Made by a program: the position numbers and the translations under genes. A model generated the notes under the pieces. The model did no database searches, was not told the origin of the DNA, and saw nothing but the letters and a program-made list of their open reading frames with translations. 64,000 nucleotides of DNA from Prevotella sp. (GTDB lineage Bacteria > Bacteroidota > Bacteroidia > Bacteroidales > Dysgonomonadaceae): NCBI GenBank assembly GCA_031285625.1, contig JAITVV010000063.1, forward strand, positions 32,001 to 96,000, in the 5' to 3' direction. Positions 38,941 to 49,600 of this stretch are shown here, piece after piece (position 1 is the stretch's first letter; the number at the start of each line of letters is the position of its first letter).

Positions 38941-39013
38941 GCGGAAGTAGCTCAGTTGATAGAGCATTAGCCTTCCAAGCTGAGGGTCGCGGGTTTGAGC
39001 CCCGTCTTCCGCT
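38941..39013 (+). tRNA. tRNA-Gly (TCC)
   Basis: Acceptor stem GCGGAAG/CTTCCGC, discriminator T, anticodon arm TTAGC-CTTCCAA-GCTGA; atypical D and T loops. Confidence 0.93.
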
Positions 39014-39021
39014 CTGATAAT

Positions 39022-39054
39022 AGGACGATTACTGAATAAGTGATCGTCTTTTTT
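39022..39054 (+). terminator. Terminator after the tRNAs
   Basis: GGACGATTAC-N7-GTGATCGTCT hairpin plus T-tract. Confidence 0.8.
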
Positions 39055-39137
39055 GTATTTTATCGAATAAAAGGCCATCTCTTTACTGGTTATATAAGAA
39101 ATTCCTAACTTTGAAGCCTGAACTCATATTAATATTT

Positions 39138-39572
39138 ATGGAAGAAAGAAAATATAAGCATTCGATGCCACTTCAAATACGCTTCAATGATGTGGATAAG
39201 TTCGGACATGTCAACAATGCGGTTTACATGAATTTTTACGATACAGCAAAGACAAATTATATTAGTACTGTATGCCCAAATGTAGACTGGGAAAAAGATG
39301 CCATTATCGTTGTTTACATTGAGGTGTTTTTTAAAGCACAGATATATAGTACCGATAATATTAATGTACAAACAGCTGTTACCGGTATTGGGACAAAAAG
39401 TTTCGACCTTAATCAACAAGTTATCGATACTAAAACAAATGAAGTAAAATGTATTTGTCGCTCAACCATGGTGACATATGACTTAAACGAACGGGCAACA
39501 AAACCATTAAAAGACGAATGGATAAAGGCTATTTGCGATTTTGAAGGTAAAGACCTAAGAAAGAAAAAGTAA
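39138..39572 (+). CDS. Acyl-CoA thioesterase (4HBT hotdog fold)
   Basis: IRFNDVDKFGHVNNAVY, IGTKSF. Confidence 0.92.
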   Translation: MEERKYKHSMPLQIRFNDVDKFGHVNNAVYMNFYDTAKTNYISTVCPNVDWEKDAIIVVYIEVFFKAQIYSTDNINVQTAVTGIGTKSFDLNQQVIDTKTNEVKCICRSTMVTYDLNERATKPLKDEWIKAICDFEGKDLRKKK

Positions 39573-39586
39573 TAACAGAATATATA

Positions 39587-39613
39587 GGACGACTACAAAA
39601 TAGTCGTCTTTTT
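39587..39613 (+). terminator. Terminator after the thioesterase
   Basis: GGACGACTA-CAAAA-TAGTCGTCT plus T-tract. Confidence 0.85.
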
Positions 39614-39719
39614 CTTATAGGTTAGTCAATACTAAATCTCTACAGATTCAATTCTTACATTCGTTCTCGATTTAATATCGTAAATTTGTGTTTCTTAATC
39701 AAATAAAAGCTTATCTAAG

Positions 39720-40400
39720 ATGAATCTCTTAATCGTAGAAGACGAAATTGACTTGCAGGAATCTATCAAAGAATTTATGCAGTCGGAATCATTTACTGTA
39801 GAAGCTGTGTCATCTTTTCAGATGGCTGAAGAAAAAATCGACCTGCACAACTATGATTGTGTTATTGTAGATATAAATTTACCTGGTGGAAGCGGACTGG
39901 ATATTATTCGTAAACTAAAGATTAAAGATAAAGATGCCGGAGTAATTATTATTTCAGCTAAAAACTCTTTAGATGATAAACTTACAGGCTTAGATATAGG
40001 AGCTGATGACTACCTCACAAAACCTTTTCATCTATCAGAGCTCAATGCCCGTATAAAATCCATAATACGGCGTAGGGGATTAAAAGGAACAAACATTAAG
40101 AAGTTCAATGAATTGGCAATCGAATTTGATAATCGCAGGTTATTCATCAATGACAAAGAAATAGTATTGACCCGGAAAGAATTTGATCTTCTCTTGTATT
40201 TTGTAATGAATGAAAATAGAGTGTTAAGTAAAGAGGATATCGCAGAACATTTATGGGGAGATAATATGAGCATAACTGCCGACTCTTTCGATTTTATATA
40301 CAATCATATAAAAAATCTAAGAAAAAAACTGGTAGATAACGGCAGCATTGATTATATAGAAAGTATATACGGCATAGGATACAAATTTTCAGAAAAATGA
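39720..40400 (+). CDS. OmpR-family response regulator
   Basis: LIVED, VDINLPGGSG, GADDYLTKPF, winged helix (LTRKEFDLL, GIGYKF). Confidence 0.96.
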   Translation: MNLLIVEDEIDLQESIKEFMQSESFTVEAVSSFQMAEEKIDLHNYDCVIVDINLPGGSGLDIIRKLKIKDKDAGVIIISAKNSLDDKLTGLDIGADDYLTKPFHLSELNARIKSIIRRRGLKGTNIKKFNELAIEFDNRRLFINDKEIVLTRKEFDLLLYFVMNENRVLSKEDIAEHLWGDNMSITADSFDFIYNHIKNLRKKLVDNGSIDYIESIYGIGYKFSEK

Positions 40401-41674
40401 GCCTCATCAAATTAATACGAAAATATCTTATTATTTCTATCATTGTAGTACTCCTCATAGGATGTATTTCTCACTTTCTTATATTTAGATTTTTCATCCA
40501 TTATTCCAACGATCAGATGCTTCTGGATCAAAAAGCAAGGTTGGAAAATTATATTGCCGAAAATGATACTTTACCTTTGGCTGCTACCCTTGTACTGAAG
40601 CCTGCCCGAATAGAAGAATATGCAATAGAAGACATAGATGTATCACACAAAAATGTATTTAAAGACACTATAATGTATAGTGAAGAAACAGGTACATTTA
40701 CCCCATATCGCCAACTCCATTTCACGGTCTCTTATGGAAACAAATATCATTTGATCAATATAAATCAGCCGACAATGATATCCAATGACCTGTTTTATGC
40801 CATTGTTTCCTCTCTTTTACTGTTATTAGTTCTATTCATACTTTTCACCTATGTTATTGAACACCTGCTGAAAAAAAATATCTGGCAACCGTTGAATTAT
40901 AATCTGCAGAAACTACACGAATATGACCTAAAAGCTAATACTATATTGGAATTGAGAAATCCAAACATAAAAGAGTTTGATGAAATAAATGAGGTTATTC
41001 TACGTATGGTAGATAAGATAAATAAAGATTATGAGAATTCACGCTTATTCACAGAGGATGCTTCTCACGAAATGCAAACACCTCTATCTATAATAAAGTC
41101 CAAACTTGATTTACTGGTTCAAAACTCACAATTGATGCGAGATCAGGAGAATGAGAGATCCATTAAAGCCATATCCAGGGCCGTATCCCGGCTTTCTAAG
41201 TTAAACAAATCCCTCTTGTTAATTACCAAGATAAACAATGACCAGTATGAAAAGAGGGAAGATATTCATCTAGACGAGTTGCTAAAACTTTATTTAACAG
41301 ATCTGGAAGAATTATTCGAGGCAAAAAATCTTACACTAACGGCAGATATTCAGCCCTGTCTTTTACATATCGACTCTGCATTAGCCAATATATTAGTGTC
41401 AAATCTTCTTAGCAATTCAGTACGTCACAATCTGGCTAATGGAAGAATAAATATATATTTAGATTCATCCAGATTACAAATATCAAACACATGTAATAGC
41501 GAGCTCAAAGGTTCAGCCGATTTATTTAACAGGATGACTTTTCATAATAGATCAGAAAACTCTTTAGGTTTAGGGCTCAATATTGTAAAATCCATTTGTG
41601 ATAAAAATGAATTTAAAATAGAATATGACTATCCGGAGAAAGATATTTTCTGTATCTCGATTGAATTCAAATAA
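40397..41674 (+). CDS. Sensor histidine kinase
   Basis: Two TMs, ASHEMQTPL H-box, NLLSN N-box, GLGLNIV; 4-bp overlap with the regulator. Confidence 0.95.
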   Translation: MSLIKLIRKYLIISIIVVLLIGCISHFLIFRFFIHYSNDQMLLDQKARLENYIAENDTLPLAATLVLKPARIEEYAIEDIDVSHKNVFKDTIMYSEETGTFTPYRQLHFTVSYGNKYHLININQPTMISNDLFYAIVSSLLLLLVLFILFTYVIEHLLKKNIWQPLNYNLQKLHEYDLKANTILELRNPNIKEFDEINEVILRMVDKINKDYENSRLFTEDASHEMQTPLSIIKSKLDLLVQNSQLMRDQENERSIKAISRAVSRLSKLNKSLLLITKINNDQYEKREDIHLDELLKLYLTDLEELFEAKNLTLTADIQPCLLHIDSALANILVSNLLSNSVRHNLANGRINIYLDSSRLQISNTCNSELKGSADLFNRMTFHNRSENSLGLGLNIVKSICDKNEFKIEYDYPEKDIFCISIEFK

Positions 41675-41758
41675 TCATAGTACAGATTTTCTACAACTTT
41701 ACATCCTATATTTACAACAATATCCATATAGATTCAATAATTCCAGAGATCAGATTAC

Positions 41759-42172
41759 ATGATGAAAATGTATATATTCTTCCTATTTCTATTCTTAAAT
41801 TGCACAACCAATTTAAGCGCATCCCTCCCTGACAAGATACAAAATTTTCTTGATAAGCATTTTATTAATAATGAAATAGAAAAATTAAAATATGATGAAA
41901 AAGAGGAGGAATACAAGATAAAGTACAAAAATGGTATAAAAATAGAGTTTGATCGTAACGGCTGGGTAGAAATAGAAAGCGGTTATACACCTCTACCCAA
42001 AAGCATTATAGATATATTACCCACTCCTACTATCGATTTTATAGCAAAAAAATATCCCCGAAAGCCTATCGTAAAAATAAAGCGCAAACCGGATGGTTTT
42101 AAAGTAAAATTGGAAGGCTCCATTGAATTAAAGTTTGACCGGCGTGGAAATATTTTAAAAATAAGTGATTAA
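41759..42172 (+). CDS. PepSY-like (BLIP-like) periplasmic protein
   Basis: Two LP..I..F+.K.(F/Y)...I...K.....(Y/F)K+K...G.++.FDR.G repeats. Confidence 0.85.
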   Translation: MMKMYIFFLFLFLNCTTNLSASLPDKIQNFLDKHFINNEIEKLKYDEKEEEYKIKYKNGIKIEFDRNGWVEIESGYTPLPKSIIDILPTPTIDFIAKKYPRKPIVKIKRKPDGFKVKLEGSIELKFDRRGNILKISD

Positions 42173-42233
42173 GCGTAATACTACGCATTAATATTTTCTC
42201 GTCAGATTTAACACCAATAAGCAATTAATTTAA

Positions 42234-42262
42234 TATATTTGCATATATGTATATACATATAT
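42234..42262 (+). promoter_or_regulatory. Sulfatase promoter with palindromic operator
   Basis: -7 TATATTTG at 42234-42241; ATGTATATACAT at 42247-42258 within a 20-bp perfect palindrome (42243-42262). Confidence 0.7.
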
Positions 42263-42285
42263 ATTATATCCAAACATATTAAATC

Positions 42286-43860
42286 ATGAAAGACTCCCGA
42301 GTTTATGCACTATTAGGTGTATCTGTCTGCTGTTGGAACAGTGTTGTAGCCACAAATCCCCAAAAACAGATGAATATCTTATTCATAATGACAGATGACC
42401 ACGCATTTCAGGCACTCAGTGCTTACGGACATCCTATTTCCAAACTGGCCCCAACTCCAAACCTTGATCGCATCGCGCAAAATGGAATGTTATTCAGTAA
42501 CGCTTTTGTTGAAAATTCCATTTCTACACCGAGTCGCGCAACGCTACTTACAGGTATGTACAGCCATCAACATGGACAGACCCATCTGGGATACGGATTA
42601 AAGCCTGATAAAAAATTCTTTGTCGAATATCTTCAGAAGGCCGGCTATCAAACCGCAATATTTGGTAAATGGCACCTGAACACCCAGCTCAAAGGTTTTG
42701 ATACATATAAAGTATTTGACGACCAGGGCGAATATTACAATCCTCGCTTCAAGACACCGGATTCGGGCGGTAAATATATCCGAGAGGAAGGGTATGCAAC
42801 TGATCTTGTCACCAATGACGCTCTCAATTGGCTGGTATATCGTGATAAAAATAAACCATTCTGCCTGCTTGTTCATCATAAAGCACCACACCGTAATTGG
42901 ATGCCTGATCTACAATATCTGGATCTGTATGACGATATAACCTTCCCTGAACCCTCTACTCTATTTGACGACTACAAAACAAGAGGTGAGCAGATGAAGA
43001 CTCATGAACTTTCAGTTGCCAATCATTTAGGTTATGCTTTCGACCTGAAAGTATCCCAACTTCAAAATGAACCTACCTTAGAGTATATAAAAGCCAGCTT
43101 TGATATGGCAATGAACACCCTGACTCCTGAACAATTGAGGGTTTGGAATGAATCTTATGACAAGAAAAATCAAGAATTCCTTGCAAACAGACCTGAAGGG
43201 AAAGAGCTCACAGAATGGAAATATCAGAGATATATAAAAGATTATTGCAGAACCATAAAGAGCGTAGATGTACAGGTAGGAAGGCTACTTGATTATCTGG
43301 AAAATAATAACCTGTTAGAAAATACAATTATTGTATATACATCCGACCAGGGATTTTTCCTGGGAGAACATGGATTGTACGATAAACGTTTTATGTATGA
43401 AGAGGCATTCCGAACTCCTCTTATTATAGCTATGCCCGGTGCAAAAAAAGGAGTAAAATGCACAGAACTTGTACAGAACATAGATTATGCACCTACATTC
43501 ATGGATGTGGCAGGATTAGAAAAGCCGGAGGATATGGCAGGTGAATCGCTTGTACCTCTATTAAATCAGACAAATAAAATATGGCGGGATAATCTTTACT
43601 ATCAGTTCTATGATTATCCGGCTGTAGGAATGACACGCAAACATTATGGGATCCGCGACAAACGGTATAAACTCATACACTGGTATGGTAGAGGTGAGAA
43701 TAGCCAAGATAGGAATATCGATAGCTGGGAATTGTACGACTTAAAGAAAGATCCTACCGAGATAAATAACTTATATAATAATAAAAGATATACAAAAAGA
43801 AAAGAGCAATTACACTCATTACTCGATAAGAAAAGAAAAGAGCTAAAAGTTACAGAATAG
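42286..43860 (+). CDS. Ser-type S1 sulfatase (resembles hexosamine-6-sulfatases)
   Basis: NILFIMTDDH, STPSRATLLTG (SxPxR), GKWHL, HKAPHRNW, YTSDQGFFLGEHG.YDKRFMYE. Confidence 0.95.
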   Translation: MKDSRVYALLGVSVCCWNSVVATNPQKQMNILFIMTDDHAFQALSAYGHPISKLAPTPNLDRIAQNGMLFSNAFVENSISTPSRATLLTGMYSHQHGQTHLGYGLKPDKKFFVEYLQKAGYQTAIFGKWHLNTQLKGFDTYKVFDDQGEYYNPRFKTPDSGGKYIREEGYATDLVTNDALNWLVYRDKNKPFCLLVHHKAPHRNWMPDLQYLDLYDDITFPEPSTLFDDYKTRGEQMKTHELSVANHLGYAFDLKVSQLQNEPTLEYIKASFDMAMNTLTPEQLRVWNESYDKKNQEFLANRPEGKELTEWKYQRYIKDYCRTIKSVDVQVGRLLDYLENNNLLENTIIVYTSDQGFFLGEHGLYDKRFMYEEAFRTPLIIAMPGAKKGVKCTELVQNIDYAPTFMDVAGLEKPEDMAGESLVPLLNQTNKIWRDNLYYQFYDYPAVGMTRKHYGIRDKRYKLIHWYGRGENSQDRNIDSWELYDLKKDPTEINNLYNNKRYTKRKEQLHSLLDKKRKELKVTE

Positions 43861-43867
43861 ATTATAC

Positions 43868-43911
43868 ATAAAAAGAATAGGATGTCAATATTGACATCCT
43901 ATTCTTTTTAT
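43868..43911. terminator. Bidirectional terminator (44-bp perfect palindrome)
   Basis: ATAAAAAGAATAGGATGTCAAT-ATTGACATCCTATTCTTTTTAT between convergent genes. Confidence 0.9.
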
Positions 43912-43919
43912 AATACAAT

Positions 43920-44690
43920 TTATTTAACAGGAATTGAAACTTCTTTTACCACTGTATAATTATAACGATTCGTAGCATCGAAAGTAACTGAAGTCCTTAC
44001 GCCGACGCGGATAAAATACTTTCTTGCATAATCAGGGAAAGACTTGGAAGCTTGTGAGGTACTTATAGTAAAAGTAGTACCATCAGCACCTAATATCTCG
44101 GATGCAGTTACACCCATCTGCTCAGGAGCACATTTGACAGAATAATTAGGGCTATAGCTAAAATCACCAACATAGTCGGTTTCGCTCACAAATAGCCAGC
44201 CTTCAACCAATGGCTTTCTATAAATTGCATCATCAGATCCATAGGTAACCTTTACTTTAGCTGTTACTGTCCTATCAATATTTACAACAGGCTCACCATC
44301 CCATTCTACACGCAGGATAGGTTCCACTTCATAGGTTTTCTCCACCGTTCCGCTTATTTTGATTCGCTCTTCCGGTAGTGGAACAAAAGCTCCTGATGGT
44401 GTAATACCATACTCCCCTTTAAATACTTTGGTATTATTGAATGTACCATCCATCATACAATTAAAGTCATATGGCTGGGGTGTATCACTCCAGCTATATT
44501 CCATCATACGGATACGTACACCCGTATTTCCGATAGCAGTCTGAAATGGTTCTTTAGTTCCTTTATCTATAAATTTACCTCTGAACGTCTCTTTAGGTTC
44601 CGGATAATTATCATCAGCACACGATGCTATCCCAAAGATTATAAACAGAGATAAAACAATATTAATTATATTACTTTTCATATCATTCAT
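43920..44690 (-). CDS. DUF3823 lipoprotein (putative surface glycan-binding protein)
   Basis: Lipobox IASC, DNYPEP..TFRG..ID..T.EP, DGTFNNTKVF.GEY; directly downstream of susD. Confidence 0.85.
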   Translation of the reverse strand: MNDMKSNIINIVLSLFIIFGIASCADDNYPEPKETFRGKFIDKGTKEPFQTAIGNTGVRIRMMEYSWSDTPQPYDFNCMMDGTFNNTKVFKGEYGITPSGAFVPLPEERIKISGTVEKTYEVEPILRVEWDGEPVVNIDRTVTAKVKVTYGSDDAIYRKPLVEGWLFVSETDYVGDFSYSPNYSVKCAPEQMGVTASEILGADGTTFTISTSQASKSFPDYARKYFIRVGVRTSVTFDATNRYNYTVVKEVSIPVK

Positions 44691-44700
44691 TTTTTAGTTA

Positions 44701-46665
44701 TTAATAACCCGGGTTTTGTTTACAATTAGGATTCTTGGTTATTTCACCTGTAGGAATTTGCTGATAATAGTTTTTGGTATCGAAATTAAAAATATAATTG
44801 TTACCAGCTTTCGATTCCATAAATCTTGAATCAAGAAAATATTTTTCAGCATCGGTGGAATAAAAAGCATATAAAACCCTATAACGTCTATTAGTCTGCT
44901 CATCATAAATCACCCTCCAACGTTTCAAATCCCAATAGGTCTTGTGCTCAAATGCAAGCTCTTTTTTCCTTTCTGTCCTCACTACATTAATATCATTAAG
45001 AGAGGCAGAAGATGTCAGTAATGTTGCACCTGCGCGTTTTCTGATGAGATTGATACAACGGAAAGCTTCATCGCGGTAACTTTCTCCACCTGAAGCTGTA
45101 TTAACACCGGCAAGGAATAACTCATTCGCAGCTTCGGCACGATTAAGTAATACTTCAGCATAGCGGATCTCAATCCAGCTTTGGCTCGATTTATTACCGT
45201 TATTATCTGTCTGGTCTGGATTCAAGTATTTACGAAGATAGAAACCACTAACATTTCCAAAATCCCATCCTGATACGATTCCACTCTCTCCGGATCTTTT
45301 CATTTTCGTACCATCCTTTAAGGTTACAAAATTAGCTTCCTGATTGTTAAACGAGAAACCACTGGAAAGTTTCAGATCGCTCGACTCATCGTATACTACA
45401 GTGTAGTCTACAACGCTTCCGGCTTGCATTAGCGGCTTAATACCTGTCCCTACCGGACCAGTCCAGATACCACGACGTAAATCGATAGACTGTCCCATAA
45501 ACTGATCCATCGGTAGTATTACCGTCGCTCTTAAACGAGGTTCACAGTTTGCAAAAGCATCGAGAGGAGAGTTATATAGCTTATAATTACCATTGGCATC
45601 CAGATTCTGGAATTTGCTGCTGGCATCTTTATCTAAGCCATCGAACATTTCAACGAAGTCCAACGTAGGGCAAATTTCAGAGTTATTACCTCCCGAAGAT
45701 GTCTGCATTGGTTGAGCCGAATCGTCAAAACCATGTACCGATTCAGGATTTTGATAATACCTTACAAAGATATTTTCCTTTGTATCCTTGAGGAAGATAT
45801 TAACAAAATTTGTAGTTTGTGCATCTTTATCTCCATCTGCCCACTCTGCATCATAAAGACCATATGCAGTCGTTTCATCAAGAATTTTACTGGCATCATA
45901 TGCAGCCTTGAAGTAATCATTTGCACGAGTAGCCGGTATACCACATATTCTTACCCCGTTATACTCCTCACTGATAGTATTATATTTTGCAATAGATCCT
46001 GCATGAAGCATCGCACGCGATTTGAATGCTGCTGCTACATATCTGTTTGCACGGCCTTTCTGATTGGTTTTGGGCAGATTATTAATAGCATAATCCAAAT
46101 CGGAAGCAATAAGATCCCATATGGCCTCTTCCGAATCGCGGAAAAGCCTTGTACCCTCAACACTCACACTGGCGGGATAATCAATCACATAGTCTACCTT
46201 AGGAACACCGCCATAGCGTTTTACCAGCGCATAATAATTAAATGCTCTCACAAAGTAGGCTTCAGCCAAATAAGTATCATAATCTGCCTGAGTATGCGCA
46301 GAAGCATATTTAGGTAATGTTTCTATAAACAGATTCGCATCACGAATTGCTGAATATGCATTATCCCAGTAACTTACATGCTCGGCTTCTGCACCTTTTA
46401 CATCACGGCCCAATGCTTCTCCTGTCAGGCAAGATTGCTGTTTATATTTGGTATCGGTATTATTAAACAGACCACTTTTTTCGAAATTGTAACGAAAATC
46501 TTCCATAGGGAGCGTACTGTACATACGGGCAATATAGCTCATTGTACCTTCGGTAGTCCCAAATATTTCCGGATCTCCAATAATGTTCTTAGGGGGGATA
46601 TCAAGGTCTGTACATGCAAAGAACGAACCCAAACAAAGCAATAAAATATATTTAATAAATTTCAT
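44701..46665 (-). CDS. susD: SusD/RagB lipoprotein
   Basis: Lipobox FFAC, AEAYFVRAFNYY.LVKRYGGVP, IRYAEVLLNRAEA, ERKKELAFE, WDLKRWR, QNPGY. Confidence 0.96.
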   Translation of the reverse strand: MKFIKYILLLCLGSFFACTDLDIPPKNIIGDPEIFGTTEGTMSYIARMYSTLPMEDFRYNFEKSGLFNNTDTKYKQQSCLTGEALGRDVKGAEAEHVSYWDNAYSAIRDANLFIETLPKYASAHTQADYDTYLAEAYFVRAFNYYALVKRYGGVPKVDYVIDYPASVSVEGTRLFRDSEEAIWDLIASDLDYAINNLPKTNQKGRANRYVAAAFKSRAMLHAGSIAKYNTISEEYNGVRICGIPATRANDYFKAAYDASKILDETTAYGLYDAEWADGDKDAQTTNFVNIFLKDTKENIFVRYYQNPESVHGFDDSAQPMQTSSGGNNSEICPTLDFVEMFDGLDKDASSKFQNLDANGNYKLYNSPLDAFANCEPRLRATVILPMDQFMGQSIDLRRGIWTGPVGTGIKPLMQAGSVVDYTVVYDESSDLKLSSGFSFNNQEANFVTLKDGTKMKRSGESGIVSGWDFGNVSGFYLRKYLNPDQTDNNGNKSSQSWIEIRYAEVLLNRAEAANELFLAGVNTASGGESYRDEAFRCINLIRKRAGATLLTSSASLNDINVVRTERKKELAFEHKTYWDLKRWRVIYDEQTNRRYRVLYAFYSTDAEKYFLDSRFMESKAGNNYIFNFDTKNYYQQIPTGEITKNPNCKQNPGY

Positions 46666-46677
46666 AATATTATGTGT

Positions 46678-49600
46678 TTAGAATTTTACATTTATTCCTA
46701 CTGTAACAGTTTTATTGAGAGGGTAACTATAACCATAATCACCTAATCCTCCTTTACTCTCGTCAGGATTTGTAAAAAATTCAGGATCAATATACTTCAA
46801 TTTTGTAAATGTCAGTAGATTATATGAGCTAACATACACCCTCACACTTTGTATATTCACAGTGGATAGCCATTTCTTAGGAAGAGTGTATCCGAGTTCT
46901 ATGTTCTTAAGTCTCAGATATGCACCATTTTGAATATTGAAATCTGAATTGTAGTTAGGACTTGTTCCTGTATAAGCATAATGACCTGTTATCCATTCTG
47001 TAGCCGGATCGTAAGGACTTGCCGCCGGATCTACCGGACGCCAACGATCTAAGAACTGGGTAAGTGCATTGGTATCTGCCCAAAGAGGCTGATAAAGGAA
47101 TTGCCTTGGAGCGACATAACGTTTGCCTCCCCCCTGCCATAACATTGTAAGATCTATACCTTTCCATGATGCAGATATCGTTAATCCGTAATAGATAAGT
47201 GGAGTCATTCCATTAGTCGCAAGCGGATGTACATCCAGATCATTTATCTGTCCGTCACCATTCCAGTCCTGGTATTGATAATCACCCAAAGTTGTACCAC
47301 GGCCTATATAGACAGGATTGTGATATATCTGATCCCAATTGGTTATGCGGCCATTTCCTCCATACCCCCACCATATATTATTATAACGGTCATTATTATT
47401 CTGGCGCCAGTTAAGGTATGAGTTACCCGGATCCGATTGCTCATAATACAGTGTTTTTACTCTGGTAAATGACATATTCCCTTTCAGTTGATAATGGAAA
47501 TCACCTATACTATTACGATGACTAAGTTCCAACTCAAACCCTCTGGTCATATCACTGTTAAGGTTTTCCTGTGGCTGGGCAGCACCTACAATTCCCGGAA
47601 TTGATTGCGAACGGGTCGCTAATAGCCCTGTACGTTTTCTTTGGAAATACTCGGCAGTCATACCTAACAGTCCATTCCATGCATCGAGGTCTAATCCGAA
47701 GTTTAACATATCAGATTTATACCATGTGATAGCTGTATTTGCTAACCCTTTATTATTTGCGCTATTGACAAATGATCCATCAAAGATATATCCGGATGGT
47801 AATCCTGCACTGTTACCACCTGAAGATGGATAATAATATCCGGTTAAGAAGTTATAATCGTTTGTTGCAGCATCATCAAGCATTCTACCATAAGATCCGC
47901 GTAGTTTCAGATTGTCGATAAATTTGAGAGGTGATTTTTTGAAGAAACTTTCTTCTGATATACGCCAAGCTACCATAACACCCGGAGTCGTTGCCCAACG
48001 TGAATTATCCGGGAACCGGGAAGACGACTCATGGCGTATAGTGAATTCAGCCAGATATTTTCCTGCAAAGTCATATTTAACACGGCCTGCATAAGCATTG
48101 TAAGCATAATCATACAAAGAAGATGCAGCTGTAGACTGATTTATCTGCATCTTATCAGTTATACCTGTGAACAATTGATCAAGCGGCAATAAAAGCTGTC
48201 TGTTACCATAAAAATTATCACCTTCCCTATGTGTATTCTCATAGAGCGCCATTGCTGATATGTTATGCTTTCCAAACTGTCTGTCAAAACCAACCTGCAC
48301 ATTCCACAGATTACCGTCTTTGCCATAAAAATAACGGGCTACTCTATTGGGTGCATCGCTCTGGGCATTCCATGTTCTTGCGGCTCCACCCGAGTCGTAA
48401 AGCTGATAGGCTTTCATGAATTCTTTATTATCATTTAATGTATAGTCATAACTATACATACCTTTCACATATAACCCTTTAACGAATGGAATATCATATC
48501 TCAAAGAAGCATTTGACTGGAACCATTTACTTTTGTAGGAATTAGCTCCTGTTATATCTTTATTCATCATAGTAACAGGATTCTGTAAGCCTCCATTTGT
48601 AGGTTGCCAGTATTGTCCTTCCTCCTCATTGTAATAAACCTGATCCATTGGTTGCATAAGCCACATACCACGAATAATATCATTTGAACTGTATACCGAT
48701 GATTTCCGTTCGTCAAGTAATCCGGATAGGTTCAACTCGAATTTTAGATTCTTAGTGATCTGTGAGGAAATATTACTACGAACTGTATATTTCTCATAAT
48801 TCATCGCATTTGTCTGCAAAAAACTACCTTGAGACTGATACCCGATACTTGCATAATAGCTGAGAGCATCTGTACCCCCTGTTGCACTTATTGTATGCAT
48901 AGTCTGAGGTGCGCTGCTGCGAAGTACTTCCGATTTCCAATCTGTGCTCCTCATAGTTCCATTACGGTAAGCATCGATCTGTTCATCAGTGTATGGACGA
49001 TTGGGACCGTCAACATTATGCATAGTACGTTCATTAAACAATGTCATCCAATCTACAGCATTTGCCAGTTTAGGAAAGTTCGTTGGCATTTGCCATGACA
49101 CATTACCCGAATAGCTAAGGCTGACCTTTCCTTTTTCTCCTCTTTTCGTTGTAACGAGAATAACACCATTTGCCGAATTAACCCCATAAATAGCAGCTGA
49201 AGCATCTTTCAGTACAGAAATACTTTCAATATCTTCTGCATCCAAACGTGCCATGTTACCTCGAGGCACTCCATCAATAACCACCAACGGATTTCCCAAG
49301 CCACGTATATCCATAGAGCCGCTAAACTGTCCCGGCTCGGACGAATTCTGGACTACACGAAGACCGGCAACCTTACCTGTAAGCATATTTTGTACGCTTT
49401 CATTTTTAGTAGTTATAATCTCATCATTTTTAATAGCTGAAACCGCACCTGTAAGAGTGGCTTTCTTCTGCACACCATATCCCACAACTACAACTTCATC
49501 CATAAGCTTACTATCCTCCTTCAATACAATATTAAGGGTGGATCCACCGCTTATCTTAATTTCCTGTGCTATATAGCCAATAGAAGATATTACCAATACG

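Noticed and set aside
38847-39110. tRNA pair as an integration site for a genomic island
   Set aside because: No integrase and no duplicated tRNA 3' end noticed downstream.
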